From positions 24,182 to 88,181 of IMG/VR virus record IMGVR_UViG_3300030118_004474: a stretch of 64,000 bases of DNA. One strand, given 5' to 3'. The notes below the pieces were generated by a model, which saw only the letters and a program-made list of their open reading frames with translations, was not told the DNA's origin and searched no databases. Shown piece after piece: positions 9,554-18,834 of the stretch. Each line of letters starts with the position of its first letter. Positions within the stretch are counted from its first letter, which is position 1. Source of the stretch: a virus. A program made the position numbers and the translations under genes.

Positions 9554-9760
9554 TCAGTTCTGGCCTCCCACAATCGCTTGTGTCAGGATAACAGTTTCAA
9601 TGCTTTCTAGTGGAATATTAGCCACATCAGCATGAGCAACCATTTCGCCATTGATGTAAGCCCAATGGGTTGGGTGATTGTAAATCTGTTCTACTGCTTC
9701 TTCTGCGGACAAAACCAATTCGGTGTGTCCTGTGTCATTCAAAATCGTTACGTCTACCAT
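9554..9760 (-). CDS. Ubiquitin-like (beta-grasp, ThiS/MoaD/SAMP-type) protein with a GG-QN C-terminus
   Basis: 68 aa; VDVTIL...AYINGEMV...VILTQAIVGG followed by QN-stop; GAGGAGG RBS. Confidence 0.75.
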   Translation of the reverse strand: MVDVTILNDTGHTELVLSAEEAVEQIYNHPTHWAYINGEMVAHADVANIPLESIETVILTQAIVGGQN

Positions 9761-9762
9761 TT

Positions 9763-10041
9763 TTATTCCTCCTCATTTATTTCGTTGTTCTTAATTTGTG
9801 CCAAACATGCCTTTCGGAGTTTGGACTTTCCTCGCTGGATTTGTCCCTCGGTAAAAATACCCAAGGTCAACAAATCGTCTAGCATACGGCTCTTTTCGGA
9901 AACCATATATTCAAGTTCTTCTTTCTGTTCTGGGGTGAGATATTTCCCACCAGTCATTTTATCCATGAACTTTCTGACTTCTAGTTCAGTCATCAGTCCA
10001 CTTCGCATCATGCTATTCATCTGTTCCAACAATTCATTCAT
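9763..10041 (-). CDS. Hypothetical protein
   Basis: Operonic ORF, GGAGGTGA RBS. Confidence 0.6.
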   Translation of the reverse strand: MNELLEQMNSMMRSGLMTELEVRKFMDKMTGGKYLTPEQKEELEYMVSEKSRMLDDLLTLGIFTEGQIQRGKSKLRKACLAQIKNNEINEEE

Positions 10042-10261
10042 GTTTTTTCACCTCCCACACGGCAACGGAATAACTTCCATTTTGTCCTGTGAGTATTACT
10101 GTATTAACCTTTCTAAAATGCTGTGAAGCATGTAGTTTGGTTCCTACTGATTTTATGCTACCTATGTAGTATTTGTCTTTCAAATTGTATTGTATTTCAT
10201 GGGTTGATGACGGTCCCTTTTTTTCAAGAAATCTAGTCACAGCCTTTTCAAATCTATTCAT
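10034..10261 (-). CDS. Small winged-helix-like protein
   Basis: FLEKKGPSSTHEI...SVGTKL...FRKV...VWEV. Confidence 0.55.
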   Translation of the reverse strand: MNRFEKAVTRFLEKKGPSSTHEIQYNLKDKYYIGSIKSVGTKLHASQHFRKVNTVILTGQNGSYSVAVWEVKKHE

Positions 10262-10566
10262 TTTTTCACCTCATTACAAAATTTAGACCTTTCCATGCCT
10301 CGTAGCACGAGTCGTGGTATTTTTGTTTGATTTCTTCTGGGTGCATTAGTGGTCCTCCGCATATTTCACATTTATGTTCCATTAAATCACCTCAAATATC
10401 ACCAAAAATTTCTCCACAAATCGGTTCAATTTTTACGACCCAAATTGAGTCTTCGTTCCAAGTTTCAGGGGCAACTACCTCTCTACTAACAATTACTACC
10501 CTTTGTTTCATTCTCCTGTCTTTTATTTTCACCTTCATTTCTTATCACCTATCTGGGTTTTACCCA

Positions 10567-10773
10567 TCATTCAGTCCTCCAAAAAATAATTTCAATAACA
10601 CTAGTTGTCTCCAATGCTGATGGTTGTATTATTTCAAGAGTGAACCAACTCATTGTTTCGGTTTTGACATATTTACCAGTAGGGTAATCTTTGCCTAATC
10701 TAGTGTATTCCTTCTCATTAACATATACGTTATGTGTTGTTTTCCCATGCTTCATAGATATTCCTCCAACCAT
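10567..10773 (-). CDS. Hypothetical protein
   Basis: Operonic ORF. Confidence 0.45.
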   Translation of the reverse strand: MVGGISMKHGKTTHNVYVNEKEYTRLGKDYPTGKYVKTETMSWFTLEIIQPSALETTSVIEIIFWRTE

Positions 10774-11240
10774 TGAGGGGCGGTCCCTTTTGTGTATTTA
10801 GCAAAACGAGCCTTTTCATTTATGTAATAATTCCGATATGCTTCTATTGGGTCTTTACATTTATACTCGTCAGGCATACATTGAGGTGGAGGGTAAAACT
10901 CCCCACCTTTAACGGGACTTTCTTTCAATAGTTCTAGTAATTCACTAGAAGCATGGACTTTATTATACCTTCGGCTATACTCGTTTAACATAGCAACCAA
11001 AAGGTCGTAGTGCCATAAGTAGTTCCCTTCTGTTTGCATAGTCCAAACAGTTGAAGGATGACCAACATGCACGGGTTTGTAAATATTCTTTAAAACATTC
11101 TTTGACTCTTTAAATGAGGTTTTTGACCACCAAGCAGTAGACAGCATTTGTGCTGATTCCAAGGGCATTTTTACAATGTGCTTATCACACAGTTGTTTTG
11201 CTATTTCTGTTGGGTCTTTTGATAGATAAAATATATTCAT
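10752..11240 (-). CDS. Pyrimidine-dimer DNA glycosylase / T4 endonuclease V-like protein
   Basis: MNIFYL...CDKHIVKMPLESAQMLST...YKPVHVGHPSTVW...NYLW...EY..RYNKVH...PPQCMPDEYK...AYRNYY family pattern. Confidence 0.8.
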   Translation of the reverse strand: MNIFYLSKDPTEIAKQLCDKHIVKMPLESAQMLSTAWWSKTSFKESKNVLKNIYKPVHVGHPSTVWTMQTEGNYLWHYDLLVAMLNEYSRRYNKVHASSELLELLKESPVKGGEFYPPPQCMPDEYKCKDPIEAYRNYYINEKARFAKYTKGTAPQWLEEYL

Positions 11241-11255
11241 TCTTCCACATTCCAT

Positions 11256-11790
11256 TTATTGTTTTTCTATTTTATAGAACATTTCTCACTACATAATGAG
11301 AGAGAATCCATATCTCCTACATTTTGTCAGCGAGAATGCCCGTTTCTCGTCATTTCTCATTTCTCATGAGTCTCATGGGGGTGTGCATCTACACACACCA
11401 CCACCACCACCACCAACTTACAATAATATATGATAATAATGAGAATATAAGAAATATAATAGATAATTGAAATATCCTAAACATTTTGTCATACTTAGTG
11501 TCTCACGAACTTTCTCATGTGAGAACATACGACAATTTGTAGGATTTATATAAAAACAAAAGAATATAACGCTCAAGAAAACATAAAGTGAATTTTAGAT
11601 TTGGTGAAATGTCAAGAATAGGAGATAACTTGGACACCAATGTTTTCAAGAGCATTACTGGTCATGGGTCTGAGTATATAAGGTGGTTCAGACCCCTTAT
11701 AAAGGACCGGAACGGTTATATACCCCTATATAGGTCTATATAGATTACATATATTTTTATACCAACTAAAGATTCTTTCCCTCTTTTCCT
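11256..11790. other. Non-coding strand-switch region, candidate replication origin or divergent promoter region
   Basis: No ORF; many TCTCA/TGAGA motifs, (CAC)n tract near 11396-11414, AT-rich stretch, several TTATA boxes; lies between the divergent gene blocks. Confidence 0.45.
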
Positions 11791-11874
11791 ACCATATGGT
11801 AGCAACGTAATTTGTATTTGCACCCCATATACTAACCCTCCGTCATGTATTGCCTAAAAAGGCAGGAGATAACA

Positions 11875-12489
11875 ATGGCAAAAGAACAAGAAATGATAAC
11901 TGACGAAAAATGGACTGCGTGGACAAACGCAATCATTGAATGGGGAGAGAACTTTGATTCTCACCTTCAAACATTGGTTGATGCCCCCGAAGGTCAATTT
12001 GAAATTGATGATGAAGAAATGGAAGCGAACTGGGCAACCATTCAAAACAAAATCAACCGTGGAAACAAGCGACCGGCCCGAAGGAACGACTTGAAAAAGC
12101 AAATTCAAGAAGAAGGACGAAAAATGCCCAACTGGCCCCATTCTCGTGGAGCCGGTTCATCTTTGACCCCAGAACAACAAGCGGCAAGAGACAAGTTCGC
12201 CGCAATTGCTCGTTTGGCGGCAATTGCTGAATATCAAGTCTTTGTTGAAAACGACGCAACCCACCTTTTGGTTCAGCGAGCATCCAAAGCGAATCAAACA
12301 GAAGGTGAAGAGTTCCCTTCGCAGGAAGCGTTTGTTGAATACCGGGAGAAAGCGGCCAAGGCAACTGCAACCGGCTACCTTTCAGGAAAAACGGCATTTT
12401 GGGGTGCAAAGGATGAAGAAGACAATGTTCTTCCCTTTGACTTCCAACAGAAGATTGTACGACCCATCCCTGTTGATAAGGAGGAGTAA
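11875..12489 (+). CDS. Hypothetical protein (cassette 1)
   Basis: GGAGA RBS before MAKEQ; visibly more GC-rich than flanking genes. Confidence 0.8.
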   Translation: MAKEQEMITDEKWTAWTNAIIEWGENFDSHLQTLVDAPEGQFEIDDEEMEANWATIQNKINRGNKRPARRNDLKKQIQEEGRKMPNWPHSRGAGSSLTPEQQAARDKFAAIARLAAIAEYQVFVENDATHLLVQRASKANQTEGEEFPSQEAFVEYREKAAKATATGYLSGKTAFWGAKDEEDNVLPFDFQQKIVRPIPVDKEE

Positions 12490-12919
12490 GGTTGTTCAAC
12501 CGCTTCTTTGATGATGACGACGATTGATTTCGTTTGAGTCAAACAACCAATGATAGAAAGTGCGAAGAGAACTCACTTTCTTGAGGTAATGACATTCTCA
12601 CCAATGCAGGTTTTGTGTCCTGCCCTTTTCCGGTTTCTCGTGCGGGGTGCTTCGCCGGAAAAAAATCAAAAAACACAACTTTTTTTTGTGGTTGGCCGCA
12701 TACAAATTACGCTCTCCTCCAACCATATGGTCATGCGAAAGCATATTATGACCGCAGGAGGTGAACGGGTGTTTGACGACGACGATGAGTGATGTCTTGT
12801 TTTAACACTTTTCCGTTACCATATGGTTGGGAGCAAGGCGAAAATTTGTGTAGTATAACGCTAACACCTTATATACCCAAGAAATACCAATGTAGTGCTG
12901 AAAAGCAGGAGGAAACAAC

Positions 12920-13282
12920 ATGAAACAAAAAACAGACCCCCACCAGCGACTCCTCGCAAGGGCTAACGCCTTTGTGATGGATGACACAAAAGAAGAAGAA
13001 GAGGTTGCTGATTGCAAAGTTCTCATTGGCCGCTTTACGGAAGCCATTGAGGCTCAAAATGATGCTCGGATTGCCCGATACTCCGAGCGACTTGCCGTTC
13101 ACATCAAAGGAACAAAGGTCAGCATTTCCTTGTCCGAGGATGAAGTGGCCGAAGCCACAAGAACAGCCGAGGCCTTCAAAACCTTCTTTGACACATACCC
13201 AACTCTTTCCGTCCCAAGGGAACACACCCTTGAAAAATTCACGGCGGCTTTCATCTCAGCGATGAAGGAGGCCAAAAAGTGA
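12920..13282 (+). CDS. Hypothetical protein (cassette 2)
   Basis: TTATATA box near 12869, GGAGG RBS. Confidence 0.8.
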   Translation: MKQKTDPHQRLLARANAFVMDDTKEEEEVADCKVLIGRFTEAIEAQNDARIARYSERLAVHIKGTKVSISLSEDEVAEATRTAEAFKTFFDTYPTLSVPREHTLEKFTAAFISAMKEAKK

Positions 13283-13468
13283 TTCGTCGGGATGACGACG
13301 AGTGAGGTTTAGGCCTCGCCCCCCGGACTCTCTCCTAAATCGGGCATGAGGGGAGGGTCCACTTGGGGTTTATTCGCTTCACAAATTTTCGCTCTGCATT
13401 AAAATGCTACCATATGGTAGGGGATAATTTGTAGGCACACCCCATATTCTAAACGTGATTCATGGAGT

Positions 13469-13645
13469 ATGTTTTGGAGCAAGAAGCCGACATTTACCAT
13501 TAAAGTGAAACAAAACCGATACGAAAGATTCATCATTGATGAGTTGCGAATTACTAATATCAGCGAGGAAAATCTTGCTGATACTTTGATGCGAGCAATT
13601 GCAGAGATTGAACAAAAACTTAGCGTATTGAACGGAGAGGATTAA
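13469..13645 (+). CDS. Small hypothetical protein, 58 aa (MFWSKKPTF...)
   Basis: Read manually; first ORF of cassette 3, abuts the next ATG at 13646. Confidence 0.5.
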   Translation: MFWSKKPTFTIKVKQNRYERFIIDELRITNISEENLADTLMRAIAEIEQKLSVLNGED

Positions 13646-13767
13646 ATGAGCAGAGATGAATTGATAGAACTTTTGCAGTTCGTCATTAAAGCGTTAGAGG
13701 CGATGGAAGATGACTGTAAAATTGACCAATACCAACAAACACTTGATACCTTGCGAGGTGAGGATGA

Positions 13768-13998
13768 ATGAAAGCATACCAATGCCCTGACTGTGGAAAA
13801 ACCGACTACATGAAATCCGTGGAAGAAGAGGTTCACTACTACGACATTCACCCCAATGAAGAGGGCGAAAAAACCTACACGGGACATTCTAATATTGTTG
13901 ATGGTCGCATTGATTTTATTTTGTGCCTGAACTGTGGTAGAGATTTTCAAGAATCCCAGTTGAAAGAAATGGTCGTTGATGCGGAGGAAGATGAATGA
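13768..13998 (+). CDS. Zn-ribbon protein
   Basis: CPDCG...CLNCG; GAGGTGA RBS; ATGA coupling. Confidence 0.7.
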   Translation: MKAYQCPDCGKTDYMKSVEEEVHYYDIHPNEEGEKTYTGHSNIVDGRIDFILCLNCGRDFQESQLKEMVVDAEEDE

Positions 13999-14180
13999 TT
14001 CAAAAGTTGTGTTTCGTTTGCAAAATACCCATATCAAATCAACTATCAAATACTCATACCTGTAAAAAATTAACCTGTCAGGCTGAGTATCAATACCAAC
14101 ACTATGAGTGGAGACAGGAACAAATGGATTACCTATACGGTATTTCATATAAACCAGAAGAAGAGGAGGAAGACGAATGA
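13995..14180 (+). CDS. Small Cys-rich protein
   Basis: CFVC...C...C; coupled to its neighbours. Confidence 0.55.
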   Translation: MIQKLCFVCKIPISNQLSNTHTCKKLTCQAEYQYQHYEWRQEQMDYLYGISYKPEEEEEDE

Positions 14181-14395
14181 TTTCCCACGACGCATTTATG
14201 GGCATGACCGATGAACATTGGTCAATGCAAGACCAACTAATATTTCTTGCTGAAAATGAAGATTGGTGCGACCTATTTTTCAGGGTGATTAAAAAAGAAT
14301 GGGAAGCCATTGCCGATACGATGGAAATTTCTTGTCTTCAAGCATTCGCTAAAAGCAGAGGTTTGAAACTGACATTGTTTGAAGACCCGGAGTGA
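14177..14395 (+). CDS. Hypothetical protein
   Basis: Coupled ORF with GAGGA RBS. Confidence 0.6.
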   Translation: MISHDAFMGMTDEHWSMQDQLIFLAENEDWCDLFFRVIKKEWEAIADTMEISCLQAFAKSRGLKLTLFEDPE

Positions 14396-14639
14396 TTTGA
14401 TGAAATATAATCTATACTACGGAATAAGACTTCATTCTTCACATGAAACATTGAGGGATGCAAAAAATGAAAAAAAGCGATTAAACTCACCAAAGGCGGT
14501 TGTGATTTTTTATCATGGTCGTCGTGTGGGATGATTGGGCGGAGGGTGGCAAAAAGCGTGATTGCTTGACAATCTGGCTCTGTGCAAAAGGGCTGGTTAT
14601 TCTCACGTTGTTCAAGGAGCAAAAGAAGATAACTAATAG

Positions 14640-14895
14640 TAAATGGTAGGTAGAAACCATATCTGAGTATTGCACGAAAAGATAGAACTATCTACCCCTA
14701 CATCGTTAGTAATGCGGGGGCGCAATTTGCGTATCGTTAATTACCGTAAGGGTGAGATGCCCCCATTAGTTTCCTTAATGGAATGTGGTTTGTTAGGATT
14801 AAAAAAGGAAAAAGTTTGCTAATCCGGCTAACATGGGGGTTTTCGGTGCCTCCTTTCCTTTCCACATTCTATTATTTGATTATTTTTTTTATTTT
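14640..14895 (+). ncRNA. Candidate structured non-coding RNA ending in a T-tract
   Basis: Nested stems GGTAGGTAG/CTATCTACC, TAATGCGGGGGC/GCCCCCATTA, GAATGTGG/CCACATTC enclosing TGTTAG/CTAACA and GGATTA/TAATCC; no credible ORF. Confidence 0.4.
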
Positions 14896-15129
14896 GGGGT
14901 GCCTACAAATTATACAACCATATGGTAACTTTGGTAGCCAAAAAAAACATAAAAATAAATGAATGTTTTCAGAATTTTCCAAAAATATTTAAATAACATA
15001 ACCCACGAGTCATATTTAGAGCCTCCCAACATGAAATATTCTACCAAACCAATACAAAACTGAAAAAAATAAACAAAAACGCCCCCTAAAATGAAAAAAA
15101 CCGGCCAAAACGCCCCCGGAAGTGAAAAA

Positions 15130-16047
15130 ATGTGGTTCAATGTGCTAAAAAACACAGAAAGGAGAGCCGCCTACCGTCAATTTCGCAATACTTTTTTCCC
15201 AAAGGGCGAGTTTTACTACGATATGTCCACAGTTGAAAAAATTAAAGATACTGAAAAAAGATATAATAAGGGGACGGCCCTTACCGTTATAGTAATAAAG
15301 CCAGCAAATGGTCTTTTTAGGCTTTATTTTAATCCTCTTTATAACAGAATAGTATTGGAAAGCGATGTCGCCAGTATTGCGCCCTATGTTGGATTCATTG
15401 CTGGTATGTTTGAGGAAGAATATCCGGAATCTTACCAATCCATCAGAGAGGAATTGACTTCTGTTTATAATAATCTGGCACACCCCGATGAAATCGCAGG
15501 GAGGGCGGAGCCTGTTCTCCCTATACCGAAAAGGGTCTTCAGAAAAATGAGGATTATTTTTCAAGAAATTTCAGACACCTTGCAAGAAAGAATAACTACA
15601 ACTGTTTCAGCCGATTCTAATAGAGCAGGTGGCTTATATCCGAGGTACGCACCACGTCCCTTTGACCCACGCCGACTAGTTGACACAATACGTATAATGT
15701 TTGATTATAGGCCCCCCATGAAAAAAATAATACAAAAATTTGATATGCCTTCAAACGAAAACGATATTCCCAAGGCTATATTACATTCAGTTTATACCCC
15801 TTTTATTTCAAATGCTAAAAGGGAATATCCGGATTTTGTTTGGGGACATATTGTTAATTTTTATGTTGCTTTCGGAGATTTACTGTCAAAACAAATAAAA
15901 GGCGATACAAGACTAGAAATATTTGATTCAATTATACAATATGACGAAGAGGAAGTAGCGGCATATATATTTCAAATTTGGCAAAGAGAAGACCGTTATA
16001 GAAATTTATTACTAGAAAATTTACCATATGAAGAATATAATGATTAA
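15130..16047 (+). CDS. Hypothetical protein with W-x-x-h-h-K leader (MWFNVLK)
   Basis: Start moved to the Met that begins the shared leader. Confidence 0.75.
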   Translation: MWFNVLKNTERRAAYRQFRNTFFPKGEFYYDMSTVEKIKDTEKRYNKGTALTVIVIKPANGLFRLYFNPLYNRIVLESDVASIAPYVGFIAGMFEEEYPESYQSIREELTSVYNNLAHPDEIAGRAEPVLPIPKRVFRKMRIIFQEISDTLQERITTTVSADSNRAGGLYPRYAPRPFDPRRLVDTIRIMFDYRPPMKKIIQKFDMPSNENDIPKAILHSVYTPFISNAKREYPDFVWGHIVNFYVAFGDLLSKQIKGDTRLEIFDSIIQYDEEEVAAYIFQIWQREDRYRNLLLENLPYEEYND

Positions 16048-16138
16048 ATTTACTGTGGGAATAAAAATAAAAAAGAAAAAAAAATTTCGCAAGTGGCAAA
16101 AAAATTCCGGGGCAATTTTTGAAAAAGGGGGTGCAATT

Positions 16139-17284
16139 ATGGGTTGGGAGAATGTAATAAAAAACGCCCAAGACGAAAGGATTCAAGAGATACAAGACCT
16201 TGTTAGCGAAATAAAAGAAAATGAGTTTTATGATGAAGCGGTGCGAATAAGTGGACCGTACACTTTTAGGAGTCACATTATCACAAATAATATATTAGAT
16301 GATAAGGTTGGGATTAAAGAAGCCCTCTACAATAATATTACTAAAGCAAAGCCCCAACTTGAGGGTATTGATTATGAAGACATACCCGAACCACTTTTAA
16401 ACAGGAGTTTTAGGGAAATTCGGGATATGCTTAGTAGTTTAAATAAGGCGTTAAAAAATTACCCAACACGCTTAAACAAAATGCAAGCGGCGTATGAAAG
16501 ACTTATATCCCACCCCGAATGGGACGAAAAATATCTAGACAATTCGGAAGCCAGCAAACTTAAAGTAGGGAGTTTCCATGAGGGAGTCGCAAAAATATTT
16601 AGGGGCTTGAATCAAGGGGAAATAAATGAAAAAACGCCTGTGAAAGATTTTGTTGATTTTTATGTGGATGGACCAAAGCGGCGAGATATTATTAGAATTG
16701 AAAACGCAATTATAGCGGCAACCCGTGACTTTTCTACAATTTATTCTAGGTTGAGTTTAAGTAGAAGTATGGGTTTCTTTGAAGATATGGGAAAAACTAT
16801 GGGCGTTGAGATTAAGCAAGACCAAAGAGGAAACCCATCCTTTGACCACGGCGGTTTAACTTTTTCATTTGAAGGTAAAACCAGTTTAGTAATAAATGGT
16901 GGTCCAACCCGTGTGTCAGTTTGTGTGGTGTCAAGGAATAAGTCCCTACCCATAGGGGACTATTATGCCCAATTACTTGGAATGGTTGTTGCTAGACCCA
17001 CGGAACTAGATGTAGTGGATTTCGGTATTCAACTCGCTAATATTTTCAAAAAATATGAGAACTATTGGGGTCAATTTACAAGGGCAAAGAGTGGGATTAT
17101 TATTTATACACCGTTTAGTAGGGATAATACGGAAAATGTTACATTTATGGGTTTAATAGATTTTTTATATGTATTGACACAGGGTAACATTTATGAAGCC
17201 GACCCCGAAATTGCAAAAGAATTACTACAAGAAATAGAGGGTGCTTTGATGGATTCTTTCGGTTCTACTAGGGGGTTCTTATGA
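16139..17284 (+). CDS. Hypothetical protein with leader (MGWENVIK) and conserved-Cys domain
   Basis: GGGGTG RBS; VCVVSRNKSLPIGDYYAQL motif. Confidence 0.75.
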   Translation: MGWENVIKNAQDERIQEIQDLVSEIKENEFYDEAVRISGPYTFRSHIITNNILDDKVGIKEALYNNITKAKPQLEGIDYEDIPEPLLNRSFREIRDMLSSLNKALKNYPTRLNKMQAAYERLISHPEWDEKYLDNSEASKLKVGSFHEGVAKIFRGLNQGEINEKTPVKDFVDFYVDGPKRRDIIRIENAIIAATRDFSTIYSRLSLSRSMGFFEDMGKTMGVEIKQDQRGNPSFDHGGLTFSFEGKTSLVINGGPTRVSVCVVSRNKSLPIGDYYAQLLGMVVARPTELDVVDFGIQLANIFKKYENYWGQFTRAKSGIIIYTPFSRDNTENVTFMGLIDFLYVLTQGNIYEADPEIAKELLQEIEGALMDSFGSTRGFL

Positions 17285-18795
17285 TGTGGAAAGATATAAT
17301 TAAAAAGAATGTAGAAACTTATATTAAAAGATTTACGGATGTAATAACGTCAAAATATAGAGAACAGGTGGCTTTGCCCTACGCATCAAAGTCGGTGGAA
17401 GAAGTAGAAATTGAAAAAACTAGGTTTGCAGAACTTATGGAAATTTTAGAAGAGTTTTTAAGAGAATCATACCCAAAGTTAAAAATAAAAAATAGGGAAT
17501 GGAGTTCTATTAGATATAATTTTACTCTTTTACATGATAATCATGCTGGTACTGAATATCGGTCAAGCCAATTTTTTTCAATGCGGGCCGGTAGGTCATT
17601 TGTTACAGGATTACTGGCGACGGGTATTCACCCAGCATCAATTAGTAATCCAGCATTTTGGGAGGAATCAATACGACAATTTCTTGCTTCAATAAGGGCT
17701 TTGGATTTGTTTTGTAGTTCGGTTCCTTATGAATACATAAGAAGTTATGGTGGTGTAGGAAATGAAATGCACTTTGATATTGGCAACGCAACTATTAAAG
17801 TTGATTTAGACGATACATGTAATAATGCCGGAGAAGTTGCAGGATATGAATTTAGTATGTGTATAGCACCTTCAAGGGAATACGTAGAAACCCCACCTGC
17901 TGATAGGTGGTTAACTTATTATATGACTTATAGTAATTTAGAAAACATGGAAATTCGTGATATACAATCAATGGAAACAATGGGCCTACCTAATATTATT
18001 GGTTCGGTAGCCGCCGGTGAAGTAACCATTTCGTGTACTTATTGTGATTATTCTGAGATGTTTTCTATAAATAATTTAGGCTATGAAGAAGACTATTGCG
18101 ATTCTTGCGGAGCCTTACGCCGTTTGCGAGACATAGAAGATATGACCGCAGAAGAAGATGTGGGCGTTAAGGGAAATTTGGACCCCTCCTACATTGAGTG
18201 TCCTTTTGGTCATAATGTAGAATATTATAGTGGTCAGTTTATATGTGAGGAACACGGAGTCAATATTATAAGTGAAAGAGATTCTTCTTTTGAATATGAA
18301 GGTGATATAATAGGTGATTATAGAATTTATGACGGTAGGGTTCTTTCCATGCCTGATTTGTATGGACGAGAGACAGTTGATGTACCGTTGACTAATGAAA
18401 CTCTCAAAAGATATTTTGAACTAGAAGAATTATTAGATGAATTCGGTGAGATAAGAGAAATGGCTCTTGAAGCGTGGGGCTTTGAGCAAATGGAAGAAAG
18501 AGAAGATTTTTATTATTCCGAAGAAGAAGGGCTTTATTTAAACACATATGATGATTCGGTATCTGATGAAGCACCATCATTTACAGATGATAGATTTAAT
18601 AAAATGCGGGGATATATAATTGCCTCCGGTATAGATGTTGAAATTAATGACGAAGTTTCCTTTGAAGAGGCCTTAGAGGAAGCCATAGAAAAGGTTGAAG
18701 AAATAATTGAATTTACAGAAATAGATAGTGGGGAAGAATCCGATGCTGTGAAGAACGCAAAAAACCTCCTATCGGCATTACAATCTATGAGATGA
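17281..18795 (+). CDS. Hypothetical protein with leader (MMWKDIIK), conserved-Cys domain, Zn ribbons and acidic tail
   Basis: MCIAPS...PPADRW; CTYC, CDSC, CPFGH, CEEH. Confidence 0.75.
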   Translation: MMWKDIIKKNVETYIKRFTDVITSKYREQVALPYASKSVEEVEIEKTRFAELMEILEEFLRESYPKLKIKNREWSSIRYNFTLLHDNHAGTEYRSSQFFSMRAGRSFVTGLLATGIHPASISNPAFWEESIRQFLASIRALDLFCSSVPYEYIRSYGGVGNEMHFDIGNATIKVDLDDTCNNAGEVAGYEFSMCIAPSREYVETPPADRWLTYYMTYSNLENMEIRDIQSMETMGLPNIIGSVAAGEVTISCTYCDYSEMFSINNLGYEEDYCDSCGALRRLRDIEDMTAEEDVGVKGNLDPSYIECPFGHNVEYYSGQFICEEHGVNIISERDSSFEYEGDIIGDYRIYDGRVLSMPDLYGRETVDVPLTNETLKRYFELEELLDEFGEIREMALEAWGFEQMEEREDFYYSEEEGLYLNTYDDSVSDEAPSFTDDRFNKMRGYIIASGIDVEINDEVSFEEALEEAIEKVEEIIEFTEIDSGEESDAVKNAKNLLSALQSMR

Positions 18796-18834
18796 ACAAA
18801 AGAATATAAATAGTAATAGTGGGGATGGTGTATC

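Larger units (their letters stand above)
11791..14926. repeat. Array of five ACCATATGGT palindromes (11791, 12722, 12818, 13409, 14917) with cassette-specific inverted repeats
   Basis: Perfect IR pairs: CGTAATTTGTAT 11806-11817 / 12700-12711; GCGAAAATTTGTG 12838-12850 / 13380-13392; ATAATTTGTAGGCAC 13424-13438 / 14899-14913. Confidence 0.9.

Noticed and set aside
12505-12600. Hammerhead ribozyme or C/D-box RNA suggested by TGATGA
   Set aside because: No CTGANGA...GAAA core with the required stems and no properly placed CTGA D box could be identified by eye.
13642-14310. 222-aa minus-strand ORF
   Set aside because: Antisense to a chain of ATGA-coupled plus-strand ORFs that have RBSs and Zn-finger motifs.
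11791-14926. CRISPR array interpretation of the ACCATATGGT repeats
   Set aside because: The repeat is only 10-14 bp, spacing is irregular (about 100-1500 bp) and contains whole genes, and no cas genes are present.
16028-16138. Lys-rich N-terminal extension of the 418-aa ORF (similar extensions at 15091, 31629, 38939, 42248)
   Set aside because: These are translations of A-tract or overlapping sequence; downstream Mets have proper RBSs and, at 15130 and 16139, begin the shared leader.
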